A stretch of 64,000 bases of DNA from an uncultured virus (IMG/VR IMGVR_UViG_3300003320_000087) (IMGVR_UViG_3300003320_000087:62001-126000), one strand, 5' to 3'; counted from the first letter of the stretch, positions 47,470-57,804 are shown. The notes: generated by a model from the letters alone, not told the origin. Made by a program: numbers and translations.

Positions 47470-47660
47470 GTGACTTAAAGTTTTCAAGAGGGCAATTCGT
47501 TCAGCTTGGTGATATTTCAATGATGAGAGGTAGAATCATTGAAGCAAAGCCGGGCAGGAAGAGAAATAAGTACAAGGTAAGAATGATTTATCAAACTGGT
47601 CCTATTAGAACATACTGGGAAAGTCAATTGAAGTTGTGTAAGGAACAGAGATGGCTTTGA
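47466..47660 (+). CDS. Small SH3-like protein
   Basis: KFSRGQFV...GRII...YKV...ESQL. Confidence 0.55.
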   Translation: MSDLKFSRGQFVQLGDISMMRGRIIEAKPGRKRNKYKVRMIYQTGPIRTYWESQLKLCKEQRWL

Positions 47661-47772
47661 GGTATCGTAAGGCACAGCGTCTTATTGCATCCCGCCGTTA
47701 TTCGCGGCGGGTCCGTAATAGATGGCGTAAGTACGGTTGTTCTTGTAACAACCACAACATGAGAGGTGATAA

Positions 47773-47940
47773 ATGAGTAATCGACAGCCTAACTTCAAGA
47801 ATAATGAATGGGTCGAGTATAATGGTAGGCAAGGACAGATTACAAAGGTCTGGACTACTGACCCTAGGGCACCAAAGTACACTGTTAAGTTTTCTGATGG
47901 GAATCGCATTCTTAGTGAAGGACAGCTAAAGCGAGCATGA
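47773..47940 (+). CDS. Small SH3-like protein (55 aa, not in ORF track)
   Basis: GAGGTG SD; FKNNEWVEYNGRQGQITKV...YTVKF...EGQL. Confidence 0.55.
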   Translation: MSNRQPNFKNNEWVEYNGRQGQITKVWTTDPRAPKYTVKFSDGNRILSEGQLKRA

Positions 47941-48114
47941 AGTATAACGTAATTGTACAGACGGATGGAAAGCACGATACATACAAGGTATATTCTCACA
48001 GACTTGAGAATTACTGTCTTGTTCTGAATTTCGGCAGGCTTGAGAAATCAAAGGCTCCGGAAGAGATTGCTATTCCTGTTTTTACGTTTGATTTGTTCTA
48101 CACTGAAGATATTG

Positions 48115-48270
48115 ATGAAGCCTAAGTACAAAAAGGGCCAGATTGTAACAGGTCCAGGTAACATTTCTGCAACAATTATTAACATTCTGTCAGATGCGGC
48201 GGGATTTAAGTATATCGTAAAGCCAGATGGCAAAAATCCTGTCATCTGGAGAGAGCACGATATCAAATAG
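48115..48270 (+). CDS. Small SH3-like protein
   Basis: PKYKKGQIV...YIV...EHDI. Confidence 0.5.
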   Translation: MKPKYKKGQIVTGPGNISATIINILSDAAGFKYIVKPDGKNPVIWREHDIK

Positions 48271-48618
48271 TTACCAAGAGAGGGGTTGACAGCTCCTCTC
48301 AAGCTAGTTAGAATAGAAAAAGAATAAAACAACTTATAGCAAAGATATAGAATCAAAGAGAATAGATAATAATTATGACTATTTCGCTAGTGGTTCTCTT
48401 CGGCATCGCCCTTGTGGTGTGTATTCTGAAGGACAATATGGGTAAGCTCCACGCGTTCATCGCTGTGATGTTCGGGCTTTACCTTGGTTCTACTGGAGTT
48501 GGACCTTCTCTCAAGGAGGGGACTGAGAATTTCCTCCATTGGCTGAGTCAGATTCAATTCTGATTTGGCGGGGTTTCGTAAAGAGACCCCAAGCTTTGTC
48601 TACATAAGGAGAGATATA

Positions 48619-49272
48619 ATGCGCGAGTACCCTAAGATTGATAATCTGTACAAGCGTAATCCTGAGAAGAAGTCAGAGCTTCTTGTCGGTACATATACCC
48701 GGCCGGAATTTTCTCTGATTGATGCTTGGGATGTTACGGAGAAGGTTGACGGTACAAACGTTCAGCTGAAGTTCCACAGGGTTTTTAACGGCTCGTTTGA
48801 TATTAATGGGCGTACCGAGCGCGCGCAGTTTACCATTGGCCAGGAGAATTTTCTTGAGGAGCTTGGTGACAGCATTCGCGGTAAGGTTCTTCACACCATT
48901 AATGCATTCAACCTTGATACGCTGACCATCTATGGTGAGCTATATGGCCCAAGGATTCAGTCTGGTGGGAATTATTCTACTGAGCTTGGATTCCGGGCAT
49001 TTGACATGATGGTGAATGACAAGGTATGGTTGGCACCTGAGGATGTTCGTAAGAACGCCGAGTACTTTGGTGTTGAGCAGGTTCCTAACCTGGGGACAAT
49101 GACTACTGAGAGTATCTTTCTGATGGTTGCCGGGGGATTTAAGTCCACCTTTGCAATCAATGAAGATTATGATGCAGAAGGTGTTATTGCAAAGCCGCCG
49201 TGGAATCTGTATGACCAGCGTGGAGAGCGGGTTATGTTTAAGCTCAAGACGTGCGATTTGAAGCATCTGTAA
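48619..49272 (+). CDS. RNA ligase, Rnl2-family catalytic domain
   Basis: YPKI, TEKVDGTN, YGELYG..IQ, FRAFD, VP, EGVI, KLK. Confidence 0.8.
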   Translation: MREYPKIDNLYKRNPEKKSELLVGTYTRPEFSLIDAWDVTEKVDGTNVQLKFHRVFNGSFDINGRTERAQFTIGQENFLEELGDSIRGKVLHTINAFNLDTLTIYGELYGPRIQSGGNYSTELGFRAFDMMVNDKVWLAPEDVRKNAEYFGVEQVPNLGTMTTESIFLMVAGGFKSTFAINEDYDAEGVIAKPPWNLYDQRGERVMFKLKTCDLKHL

Positions 49273-49329
49273 AGATGCGGCCAGATGAAAATCTGGCCAA
49301 GCTTTTTCCCCTTTCGTAAAGGACATATA

Positions 49330-50097
49330 ATGACAAGAATTCTTATTGGTTCTCAGGCAATGAAGTTCTGGTTTGGGGAGCATTTCCCAAGAACGCCTAG
49401 CGATACAGATTGCTTTTCGGATGAATTTATTCCAAATGTTGAGTCATTCTGGCATCCGAAGCTTTCTGAATATGAATGGAAGTTTGGGATTGTTGCTTCC
49501 ATTGAAGAGCTATACACCATCAAAGTTTCCCATGCTTTTTGGTTTCATGGTGACCGCAAGTGGTGGAAGCATATGTACGATGTGAAGTTCCTTCAGGACA
49601 AGGGGTACGACCATCTTGTTCCTGAGCTGTATGATATTCTGTATAGTATTTGGGTTGAGCGTCATGGAAAGAAGAAGGCGTTTCTTAACGTACCCGCCGA
49701 TGAATTTTTCAATCCAAATGTGGACCGGATTTATGAGCATGACAGCATTCATCAGTCTATTGCCTATTATGATGAACCGCTATTCAGCAGAATTTTGCGG
49801 GACGGGCATGAAGTTATGGTAGATGAATCAAAGTTCTGGTCTCTCTCACAAGAGGATAGGTTCAAGCTTGTCCGTGAAGAGGTGTACGCAACGGCTCTAG
49901 AACGAATTCTCATCCCCAGCAATTATGTGAAGAGTCCTAGAGGCGCCTACAATTGGGCAATGCGGAAGACAATTACTGACTTCTCAAAGGGTTGGTTTCC
50001 CAAGTTCATCGTGCTACACTGGAATGAGCTGTACCGGCCGGATGTTGATTACTTGAAGATTCATCTGAATAATAAGGATAAGTTGATAACGCTATGA
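49330..50097 (+). CDS. Conserved phage protein with nucleotidyltransferase-like N-terminus
   Basis: LIGS.A...R.PSD.D; LYTIKVSH; HD.IH; VREE..ALER; GWF. Confidence 0.55.
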   Translation: MTRILIGSQAMKFWFGEHFPRTPSDTDCFSDEFIPNVESFWHPKLSEYEWKFGIVASIEELYTIKVSHAFWFHGDRKWWKHMYDVKFLQDKGYDHLVPELYDILYSIWVERHGKKKAFLNVPADEFFNPNVDRIYEHDSIHQSIAYYDEPLFSRILRDGHEVMVDESKFWSLSQEDRFKLVREEVYATALERILIPSNYVKSPRGAYNWAMRKTITDFSKGWFPKFIVLHWNELYRPDVDYLKIHLNNKDKLITL

Positions 50098-51086
50098 ATG
50101 ATTTTGTAACTGAATTTGAACAGTATCTTGCCAAGAATTGGGAGTTTAAGTTCAGGTATGGTACCTTCCATGGAACCTTTGGATTTTATCAGGTTCTTTG
50201 GTCCGGTGATGCTATTGAGCTGAATACCCTATATGGTAAGGCTAAGGTTGTTGAGCGTTCTACTGACTATGCAGATGGTCAGGAAGAACGAACCATGGTT
50301 GTTAAGATTGGTGACCGATTCGTAAAGAAGGTTGGTTACTACGACTCATGGGACAGTTCAGATTGGGATGGCTCTATTACTGAGGTAAAGCCTGTAGACA
50401 GGATTGTCACGGTTTATGAGCCAGTCTGATATCCCGCCCCGAAAGGGGCAAGCTTTCTGATTGGAGAATAACATGACTAAGTTCAGTGCTGCTCAGGTTG
50501 AGGCGGCTATTGAGGAAGAGTTTGACGGTTATCCCGAAGAATTCTATGGTGAGGTTGGCACGGATGGCTACGAATTGACCATGCTTGATGGTGCAGTGGC
50601 TTATGGTGTTGCCCGTGAAGGTGGTTATGAAGGCGGCGGGGATTACATGGATGTAGTCTTTCGAATTGGACAACAGTTTTTCCGTAAGCAGGGAACACAC
50701 AACTCTTGGGATGCTAGCTATTGGGATGGCACTCTCGAAGAGGTTGAGCCTTATCAAGAGACTGTTACAAAGTACCGGGCGGTTTAATGTATACTAAGAA
50801 TCAAATTCAAGATGCAATTCTTGAAGACTATGATGGCGATTGGTCAGAGTTCCTTTACATGGTGAATGACAGTCATGATGAAGAGGCAGAGCTTCCGTCA
50901 CTTGGTGTAAAGGCAATTGGTGTTGAAAATGGCGGAGAAAAGTATCTCTGGGAAGTTTTCAAGGTTGGTGACCAGTATTTCCGCATGAACGGCACTCATG
51001 ATTCTTATGAGGGTTCTATGTGGGATGGAGAGCTTGAAGAGGTTGAGCCCTTCAAGAAGACTGTGGTAGACTATCGTTCTAAGTGA
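50094..51086 (+). other. Three tandem paralogous acidic proteins (50094-50429, 50473-50787, 50787-51086)
   Basis: Shared C-terminal G..F/Y...G.(Y/H).S(W/Y)..S.WDG...EV.P....V..Y. Confidence 0.75.
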
Positions 51087-51528
51087 CGGTGCTGCGGGGC
51101 AACCCGCAAGCTTGGAGGTATTATGAAGTTCAAGTATAGAATTTGGGTTACAGAGCGTGAGCGCGGTTGGGGTGAATCTTGCTGGACTGAAGACTTTGAT
51201 ACACCAGAAGAGGCCCAGGAAAGAATTAACAAAATTAATGAACGTAATAAGCCTGGTCCTGTTCCAGATTACTATATTCAGGCAGACAATGAAATTCGCG
51301 CTGTTCGAGTAGCTTGACATCTGATATGAAGGGTTGGTAATATCTGACCATGAGATATGAAGTTCGAGAAGATGTAGACCGATACAACAAGCCTACGGGA
51401 CAGTGGGCTATTTGGGATACACATGAAGGCAAGGCGACAGCCCGGTTTAGTGAAAAGGCCAGGGCTGAAGAGATTGTCGATAAGTACTATGCCGCACAAT
51501 TCGCGGCTGAATCTGCTGCGGAGTAAAC

Positions 51529-51915
51529 GTGTCTGTTGAGTTTAACACCTTTTGTGCTGTTGGGGATAAGGAAATTCCTGCTAAGCTTTTCTATAGCAGT
51601 GATGACCCTGCTGTACTTGAATTCACATTCTATAATACTGGTAAGACCACAACATCCGCCCGGTGGATTTTTGCCCGGGATTTGATTCATGATGCATTCA
51701 ATTCAGAATGCGGAGAATCAGGGATTGGTGATATCAGGGTAGAAGCAGACAATGAATCCGTTTTGTTCTGGATTACCTCAAATGACGGAGATGCTTTGGC
51801 TACATTTGAGCGGGCGGTCATTGATGAGTTTATGGAATGTGTATATGATGAAGTTCCCGAAGGAGAAGACCACTACGAAATCCCGGATGAATTTCCTGAG
51901 GAATGGCTAGTGTAA
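51529..51915 (+). CDS. SsgA-like cell division/sporulation protein (SALP)
   Basis: IPAKL.Y...DP.V...F, W.FARDL, G.GD.RV, S.DG.AL. Confidence 0.8.
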   Translation: MSVEFNTFCAVGDKEIPAKLFYSSDDPAVLEFTFYNTGKTTTSARWIFARDLIHDAFNSECGESGIGDIRVEADNESVLFWITSNDGDALATFERAVIDEFMECVYDEVPEGEDHYEIPDEFPEEWLV

Positions 51916-52325
51916 AACTCTTGAGGTACAATAGACTCAGGAGGCAATATGGAAGGTGAGCTAATTTCCGTGGACCAGGTATGGTTTGGAATTCGAGAAC
52001 CAGAATGGTGGCCGGAAGACGAAGAAGATTTTGAAGAAAGACTTTTTGTGCCAAAAAAGGTGACCTTTCGTAAAGAGCTAAAAATTCGGCGCAAAAATTA
52101 GACCTTTCGTAAAGGGCCTATTTGCCCCATTCAGGGGCAAGCTTGAATGTATATATGAACACGCATGCGTGATACCATACTTCGGTTGAGGAATCAAGAG
52201 GTTGACATCTTCCCTCTGCTCCCGTAGTGTCTGACCCATCGAAGCAACCCGCCCAAAAAATTGGGGGTTGACAGCAAGAGACAAGACAGCTAAAGTAGGA
52301 CTCAAGAAACCAACAGGAGGTCAAA

Positions 52326-52679
52326 ATGAAGGTGTCCGTTCGATTCAACAAGAGCACGGTTAAGAAGACCTCTCGCTCTAAGGTTGGCGGGATTGTTGTC
52401 AAGCGTCTCGGCAAGGTTCGTGACACCCACGTTGCCGGAACTGTTGTGCTTAAGAAGGTGCATTTTGGCCGGACTCTCCTTGGTGAGGTGATTGAGGAGA
52501 CCGACAACATCTTGACCCCCCGTGCTGAGGATGGTATGTTTTCTCGTGCGGTGAAGAACTGGAATCGTGCTCGGTTCATCGGCTCTCTTGGTGGATACTA
52601 CAACACCAGGACTGGTGAGCGTGTGATGGATGCCGAGTATGTTTACATGGCTGGTTCTGACATTTACTACACTGACTGA
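52326..52679 (+). CDS. Hypothetical basic protein
   Basis: AGGAGG SD and own promoter. Confidence 0.6.
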   Translation: MKVSVRFNKSTVKKTSRSKVGGIVVKRLGKVRDTHVAGTVVLKKVHFGRTLLGEVIEETDNILTPRAEDGMFSRAVKNWNRARFIGSLGGYYNTRTGERVMDAEYVYMAGSDIYYTD

Positions 52680-52693
52680 AAAGGAATAGTTAA

Positions 52694-53275
52694 ATGGCTA
52701 CGGAGCGTGAATACCTTATTAGCATCGGTCTCGCTAAGGAAGGACGCGGGCGGTTTTCTTCTGAAGCTAAGGCTGCTTTGGAAAAGGCTAAGTCTGAGGG
52801 TATGGTTTTTGACCTGACCCCGGCTGAAATTGCTAAGCTGGAAAGGCAGAATAGGACAAAGAGGGTCAAGGAAGTTTCTCCTAAGCCTGTGAGTGTCCGT
52901 CGCCCCACTCAGGATGAATACGACGTCAAGGCTGTTCGTGCATGGGGTGAGCAGACTGGGGCTATCGAAAAGGGAAAGCGCGGTAAGCTTTCTACAGCTC
53001 TTATCAACGCCTACCTTGCATCTAACAAGGTTGAAAAGAAGGTGGCCGTTAAGAAGTCTGCTGTAAAGAGGTCTATTGTCAGGTCTGAGACGGTTGGTTA
53101 TACTTTTGCCAAGCGTAAGGATACTGACCCGGCATTCATTTCGGAGCCGCTGGTTGCCGTGATGACTTGCGGGAAGTGCTCTCGTGGGGTATCCTACTGT
53201 GGATGCCAGGATGGTCCGGTTGCCCCAAGTTATCTTGGTGGTCAGCCTCTGATGTTGACCCGCCCGGTTAAGTAG
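52694..53275 (+). CDS. Lsr2-like DNA-binding domain protein
   Basis: VRAWG...G....RGKLS...INAY; N-terminal REYL...G....RGRFS; C-terminal Cys cluster. Confidence 0.7.
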   Translation: MATEREYLISIGLAKEGRGRFSSEAKAALEKAKSEGMVFDLTPAEIAKLERQNRTKRVKEVSPKPVSVRRPTQDEYDVKAVRAWGEQTGAIEKGKRGKLSTALINAYLASNKVEKKVAVKKSAVKRSIVRSETVGYTFAKRKDTDPAFISEPLVAVMTCGKCSRGVSYCGCQDGPVAPSYLGGQPLMLTRPVK

Positions 53276-53321
53276 GGTAACGTTGTTGGGGAGGATAAAC
53301 CTCCCCAACTGAGAGGAAAAA

Positions 53322-53648
53322 ATGTACGGAGACAATTCATATCGGCCGGATTATCCTGGTGCTAGGCTGACGAATCACCAGCACCGTGGAAATAGGCGCG
53401 ATAATGCTGCGATTAACAAGCTTCTTGACTCCATTACCAATGTGGATAGCAATGTCATTCAGTTGGCTAATGCTATGGTAAATACTGCTAGTCCAGGAGT
53501 TCGCGGTAGGCTTATGGATTTGGCAATTGCCATTATCTTTGCCGAAGCAGATGCATACGTTTATCAGAATGATGATTCTGATGGACCGAAGAACGCCATG
53601 GTTTTGGTTGACACTATGAACCAGTTTGGCATCCAACTGAAGCCTTGA
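53322..53648 (+). CDS. Hypothetical protein
   Basis: GAGGA SD. Confidence 0.55.
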   Translation: MYGDNSYRPDYPGARLTNHQHRGNRRDNAAINKLLDSITNVDSNVIQLANAMVNTASPGVRGRLMDLAIAIIFAEADAYVYQNDDSDGPKNAMVLVDTMNQFGIQLKP

Positions 53649-53711
53649 CAGGCACCGAAGCACCTGCTAGTCTTTAATCAATCAAGCAAGACAAACCGAG
53701 GAGAAAAAATC

Positions 53712-54725
53712 ATGGTTGCTGCTGTTGAGACCTACAAGGATATGGCTGCATTTGCTTCCCTCCGTGAGGAAGCTTGGCATGGACTTGGTACGGTGTTTGA
53801 CAAGCCGGTCACCACGTCTGAGATGTTGGACCTTGCTCACCTTTCTAACTGGAATCTTCGTATGGTTCCACTGGACATCGATGGTGAGTATTCTGACCGT
53901 ATCGAGTACAAGATTCTTCGCGACAATCCGTTCATGAAGCGCGTTGACCGTCTTGGAATTGTTGGGCGGCGCTATAAGCTTTTCCCGAACGAAGAGCTTT
54001 TCGCCTTCGGTGACAATCTGACCAATCAGAGGCGCCGGTGGGAAACGGCTGGTAGCCTTGATGGTGGCCGAACGGTATTTGCAACTCTTGCCGATACGGA
54101 AGACATTGTTCTTGACCCGAATGGCGCAGGAGATATCATTAAGAAGTATCTTCTTCTGAAGTCTTCTCACGATGGTTCTGGCAAGATTGTTGCCAAGCGT
54201 ATCAACACCCGTGTTGTTTGCAAGAATACTCTGAACATTGGTCTGAAGGAGAATGGCGCGGAATTCAGCATTCGTCACACTCAGAAGCTGGAAGGCCGTC
54301 TTGCTGAGGCTAAGTTGGCTCTAGGGTTTGCTGAGGATTACGATGAAGAGTTTGAGGCTGCCATGCAGACTCTTTACGCCAAGGATATGACCATGGTGGA
54401 ATTCGAGCGGATTGTTCTGGCCGAATTCCCTGAGCCGGATGCCGAAAAGGCTGGGGCTTACACTCGGTGGGAAAACAAGATTGATACTATTCTGGATGTC
54501 TGGGGAGACTCTACCAAGTCTGTCACTGACCTTCCGAATAACGCCTACCGTGGTCTTCAGGTTCTGACTGAGCACAACCAGTGGTTCCGTAACCTGCGAA
54601 ATGAAGAGGGAACGGATACTCCGAATCTGGAGAACTTCCATGCTGCTGGAATGGGTATGGAGGCAAAGACGAATGAGTTCCGGACCCGGGTCTTCGGCCG
54701 GATGATGGAATTCGCAACTGCCTAA
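53712..54725 (+). CDS. DUF932/DUF945 family phage protein
   Basis: AWHGLG, LGIVG.RY..F.N, ETAGSL.GG, SHDGS, RVVC.N, IRHT. Confidence 0.8.
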   Translation: MVAAVETYKDMAAFASLREEAWHGLGTVFDKPVTTSEMLDLAHLSNWNLRMVPLDIDGEYSDRIEYKILRDNPFMKRVDRLGIVGRRYKLFPNEELFAFGDNLTNQRRRWETAGSLDGGRTVFATLADTEDIVLDPNGAGDIIKKYLLLKSSHDGSGKIVAKRINTRVVCKNTLNIGLKENGAEFSIRHTQKLEGRLAEAKLALGFAEDYDEEFEAAMQTLYAKDMTMVEFERIVLAEFPEPDAEKAGAYTRWENKIDTILDVWGDSTKSVTDLPNNAYRGLQVLTEHNQWFRNLRNEEGTDTPNLENFHAAGMGMEAKTNEFRTRVFGRMMEFATA

Positions 54726-55005
54726 TCTGTGAATAGAGGGGCTATCTCATAAACGGGATAGCCCCTCAAGCTTTTGTATTGTATAATGAGGAGATAAAGC
54801 GATGGCAGAGTTTCTGCTTTCTGTAGTTGGGAGTGCAGTAATTGCCGGGGTTATTGAGGCAATTGCATTCATGACTGGCCATGACCCGAATTACTTCGTT
54901 GTCTGGCTTTTTGTATTCCTTGCATGGTGGGGTATCTTCCTGATTGATGCAGACCTTGACTTTTAGGAATACATGGGGAAGTAATTCCCCAAGCTTGAAG
55001 GAGGA

Positions 55006-55344
55006 ATGAAATTGAAACTGCCAATGTTCACCAAAGCTTTGGAGACAAAGGTAATCGAAGAAAGGGTATTCGTTGACCTAGAGCATCTAGTTCAGCTATT
55101 GTTTGATATCTCGAATGAAACATCTATTGCAGCAACTAAGAACAGGGACCCGGCATTGGGTGCCATGACTCTTGGTGTGACGACCATCGGACAGGCTCTA
55201 GATGGGGCTCTGACAGCCCACAAGGAAGCCAACGGACTTACGGAGCAACCGAAGCCTTGTGGAGTCTCACGGCCACACCCTAGCCATTTGAGGATGCTGG
55301 ACCGTAAGAGGGTTCGTTGTCCTGGTGTTGACCAGCCTGATTAA
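55006..55344 (+). CDS. Hypothetical protein
   Basis: GGAGG SD; C-terminal C....H..H....CPG. Confidence 0.55.
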   Translation: MKLKLPMFTKALETKVIEERVFVDLEHLVQLLFDISNETSIAATKNRDPALGAMTLGVTTIGQALDGALTAHKEANGLTEQPKPCGVSRPHPSHLRMLDRKRVRCPGVDQPD

Positions 55345-55945
55345 ACATGCTACACTAGATACATTCGTTAGGTTGAATAACCAACGCCTTTCTTTCAAAT
55401 AGATTCCGGTACTCCTATCAGTCTAATCAGGCAAGGAGCTAAGCAACAAGTCGGCTGTTGTGCCGGAATCTCTTCATATCAGCAAACATAAACAAGGAGG
55501 ATTAACATGCCTACGGTTTACGATTACGATGACGAGACTGGTGACTTCAAGGTCATTGATGAGCCAGAGCAGCGTACTTTTGTTGATTCTAGCTTTGATT
55601 TTGACCCTTATAGTTACATTGAGAACAAGTAAAAGGAAATACATTGGCTATTGTTAAGGTAAGCACCACTCAGCGGAATGCGTCTGTTGTTAATGTTCAG
55701 GCTTGTGTGTTTGGTGTAGAGTCTGAAATTCTTCAAGCAACTGACCCTAAGAATATCATTATTGAATTGATGGGTGCTCCGGAAAAGATTGCTCAAATTG
55801 TTGGCCGAACGGGTTCCCGAATTGTGGCACAGGTTGACCGTATGCCACGGGACATGAACGCAGAGTAATCTTCTGGTGGGGCTTGACAGCCTCACCAAGC
55901 TTAGGTAGGGTTCTCTCAAGAAGCCCGGAAGAAAGGCAAGGAAAA

Positions 55946-56611
55946 ATGGCTGACCCTAACTCACTTGATGGAGTGTTCGAGAGCTGGAAGGGAATCTGCT
56001 GGATTTGCGATAAGCGAGTCAAGCGAACTGTAGCCAGTCGGGACCACATCATTCCAAAGTCTCATGGTGGACCTAACCATGCGGCCAACTACGCTCTTGC
56101 TCACAAGATTTGCAATGAGCGGCGGGGTAATGATACACACCTTCCTAGTGTTACTGAGGCACTTCGCATTCTGAACATTTGCCAGAATGACATTTGTGGC
56201 CGGTGTGGAATTGAAAAGCAGAACTGTGGTATGATTCTGTTGGTTCAGAAGGGAACATCCCGCTGGATTTTGACAGCAGTGTGCCTGATGTGTAAGCTTA
56301 TGGACCAGACAGCTTCGGATGAAGAGCGATTTTCATCTATTCCATTTCAAAAGAAGAGGATTGAGAGAGTTTCTATGGATGACATGTCTGTTGTTGACAC
56401 CCTGACTCCTGCTCAGCTTGAAGAGGGCGACTATGTTCTTTTCCGGGCCGGAAAGAAGGAGCATGTGGGAGTCGTATCCAGTCTTCCCACCGATAATGGG
56501 ACTTTCTTTTCTGTGGAAATTCATGATGATGAGCGTGACGAGAAGGTTGTTTACAATCTGAGTGTTGACGCTGAAATTAGCCTTCTGATGTACACTCAGA
56601 TGGCTGTTTGA
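55946..56611 (+). CDS. HNH endonuclease with C-terminal extension
   Basis: CWIC, RDHIIPKSHGG, N..LAH..CN..RG. Confidence 0.75.
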   Translation: MADPNSLDGVFESWKGICWICDKRVKRTVASRDHIIPKSHGGPNHAANYALAHKICNERRGNDTHLPSVTEALRILNICQNDICGRCGIEKQNCGMILLVQKGTSRWILTAVCLMCKLMDQTASDEERFSSIPFQKKRIERVSMDDMSVVDTLTPAQLEEGDYVLFRAGKKEHVGVVSSLPTDNGTFFSVEIHDDERDEKVVYNLSVDAEISLLMYTQMAV

Positions 56612-56838
56612 TAAATTGGGGCGGATTTATTTACAATCCGCCCCAAGCTTATTTAAGGAGATGCAATGCGAATCATTGAATGGCTTTTCAAGCTGGTAAT
56701 TTACACCACCTGTGGTGTTCTTGGCGGCGTGGTAGGTTTCTGGGGTTCAGTGTGGATTGTGTCACACATGTGACCACATCACGGGGTTGACGTTCAACCC
56801 CAAGCTTGTTAGACTTGCACCAACGAATGGAGGTAAAG

Positions 56839-57258
56839 ATGGAATCCACTAATGGAATGAAGCTTATTTTTACACGGCATGCAGAGGAGCAGATTCAGGC
56901 TAAGGGATTCGACAAGGATTTGATTGTCTCTGAATTCCCGAATGTGACCGAAGACAAGATTTCTCCGAATAAGAAGTTTGAGGGGCAGTTCCGAGTAGTT
57001 GTGGGAGATGTCTGCCTTGTCGGTGCTCCAATGTACGGCATGTTTAGGGTGTTTACTTTGTATGAGGATGGTGTGATGACACCCCCTCGCCCTGACCAAC
57101 TCAATACTATTGAGGGCCAGCGGTATGCTCACCTGTATGAGAAGATGCAGCGTGAGAAGAATCGTACGGCAAACAATGGGAATATGAAGCGGAAGAATGA
57201 ATACTGGCCGCGAGTTCATGAGCGTCGTAGTGAGATTGGTCACAGGCTCATAAAGTAA
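56839..57258 (+). CDS. DUF4258-like (RelE/BECR-fold-like) protein
   Basis: LIFTRHAEEQ...G N-terminal motif and C-terminal VFTLY. Confidence 0.5.
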   Translation: MESTNGMKLIFTRHAEEQIQAKGFDKDLIVSEFPNVTEDKISPNKKFEGQFRVVVGDVCLVGAPMYGMFRVFTLYEDGVMTPPRPDQLNTIEGQRYAHLYEKMQREKNRTANNGNMKRKNEYWPRVHERRSEIGHRLIK

Positions 57259-57336
57259 TTGTAAGTATGGTACCCTAGTGAAATCCGTTACCCCAGAAAT
57301 GGGGTAACGCGCACTAAACTTAGGAGATATTTTAAT

Positions 57337-57804
57337 ATGTATAAGAAGACTGCGGTAGTCGGAAGTCTGATTGCCTCAACACTGGTAATGGCTGTTCCGG
57401 GAAATGCGGAAGCCGCCACAATTCAGAGTAAGGCAGTAACCGTTGCAAAGGGCAAGATTGGTTCCCCATATAAGTGGGGTGCTAAGGGCCCAAGCAAGTT
57501 CGATTGCTCAGGTCTGACATGGTATTCCTTCAAGCAGGCTGGTAAGAATTGGAAGTATAAGCCTACTAACGGAATGCGAAAGTATCAGACAAAGGATATT
57601 ACAGTCAATGAACGTAAGCCTGGTGACCTTATCTTTTTCAGGCGCAAGGGTTCATCTGATTGGAGCCATGTTGGAATCTACGTTGGTAGTGGATACATGG
57701 TGAATGCGGTAAATGGTAACACGTATAAGGGTGTTCGCAAGGGTAAGGTAAAGGATGGCTATTGGAACAAGTATTACGTCATCGATTACCGCCGCGTAAA
57801 GTAA
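57337..57804 (+). CDS. Secreted NlpC/P60 peptidoglycan endopeptidase
   Basis: Signal peptide ending AEA; G.PY.WGA.GP..FDCSGL, PGDLIFF, HVGIY.G. Confidence 0.92.
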   Translation: MYKKTAVVGSLIASTLVMAVPGNAEAATIQSKAVTVAKGKIGSPYKWGAKGPSKFDCSGLTWYSFKQAGKNWKYKPTNGMRKYQTKDITVNERKPGDLIFFRRKGSSDWSHVGIYVGSGYMVNAVNGNTYKGVRKGKVKDGYWNKYYVIDYRRVK

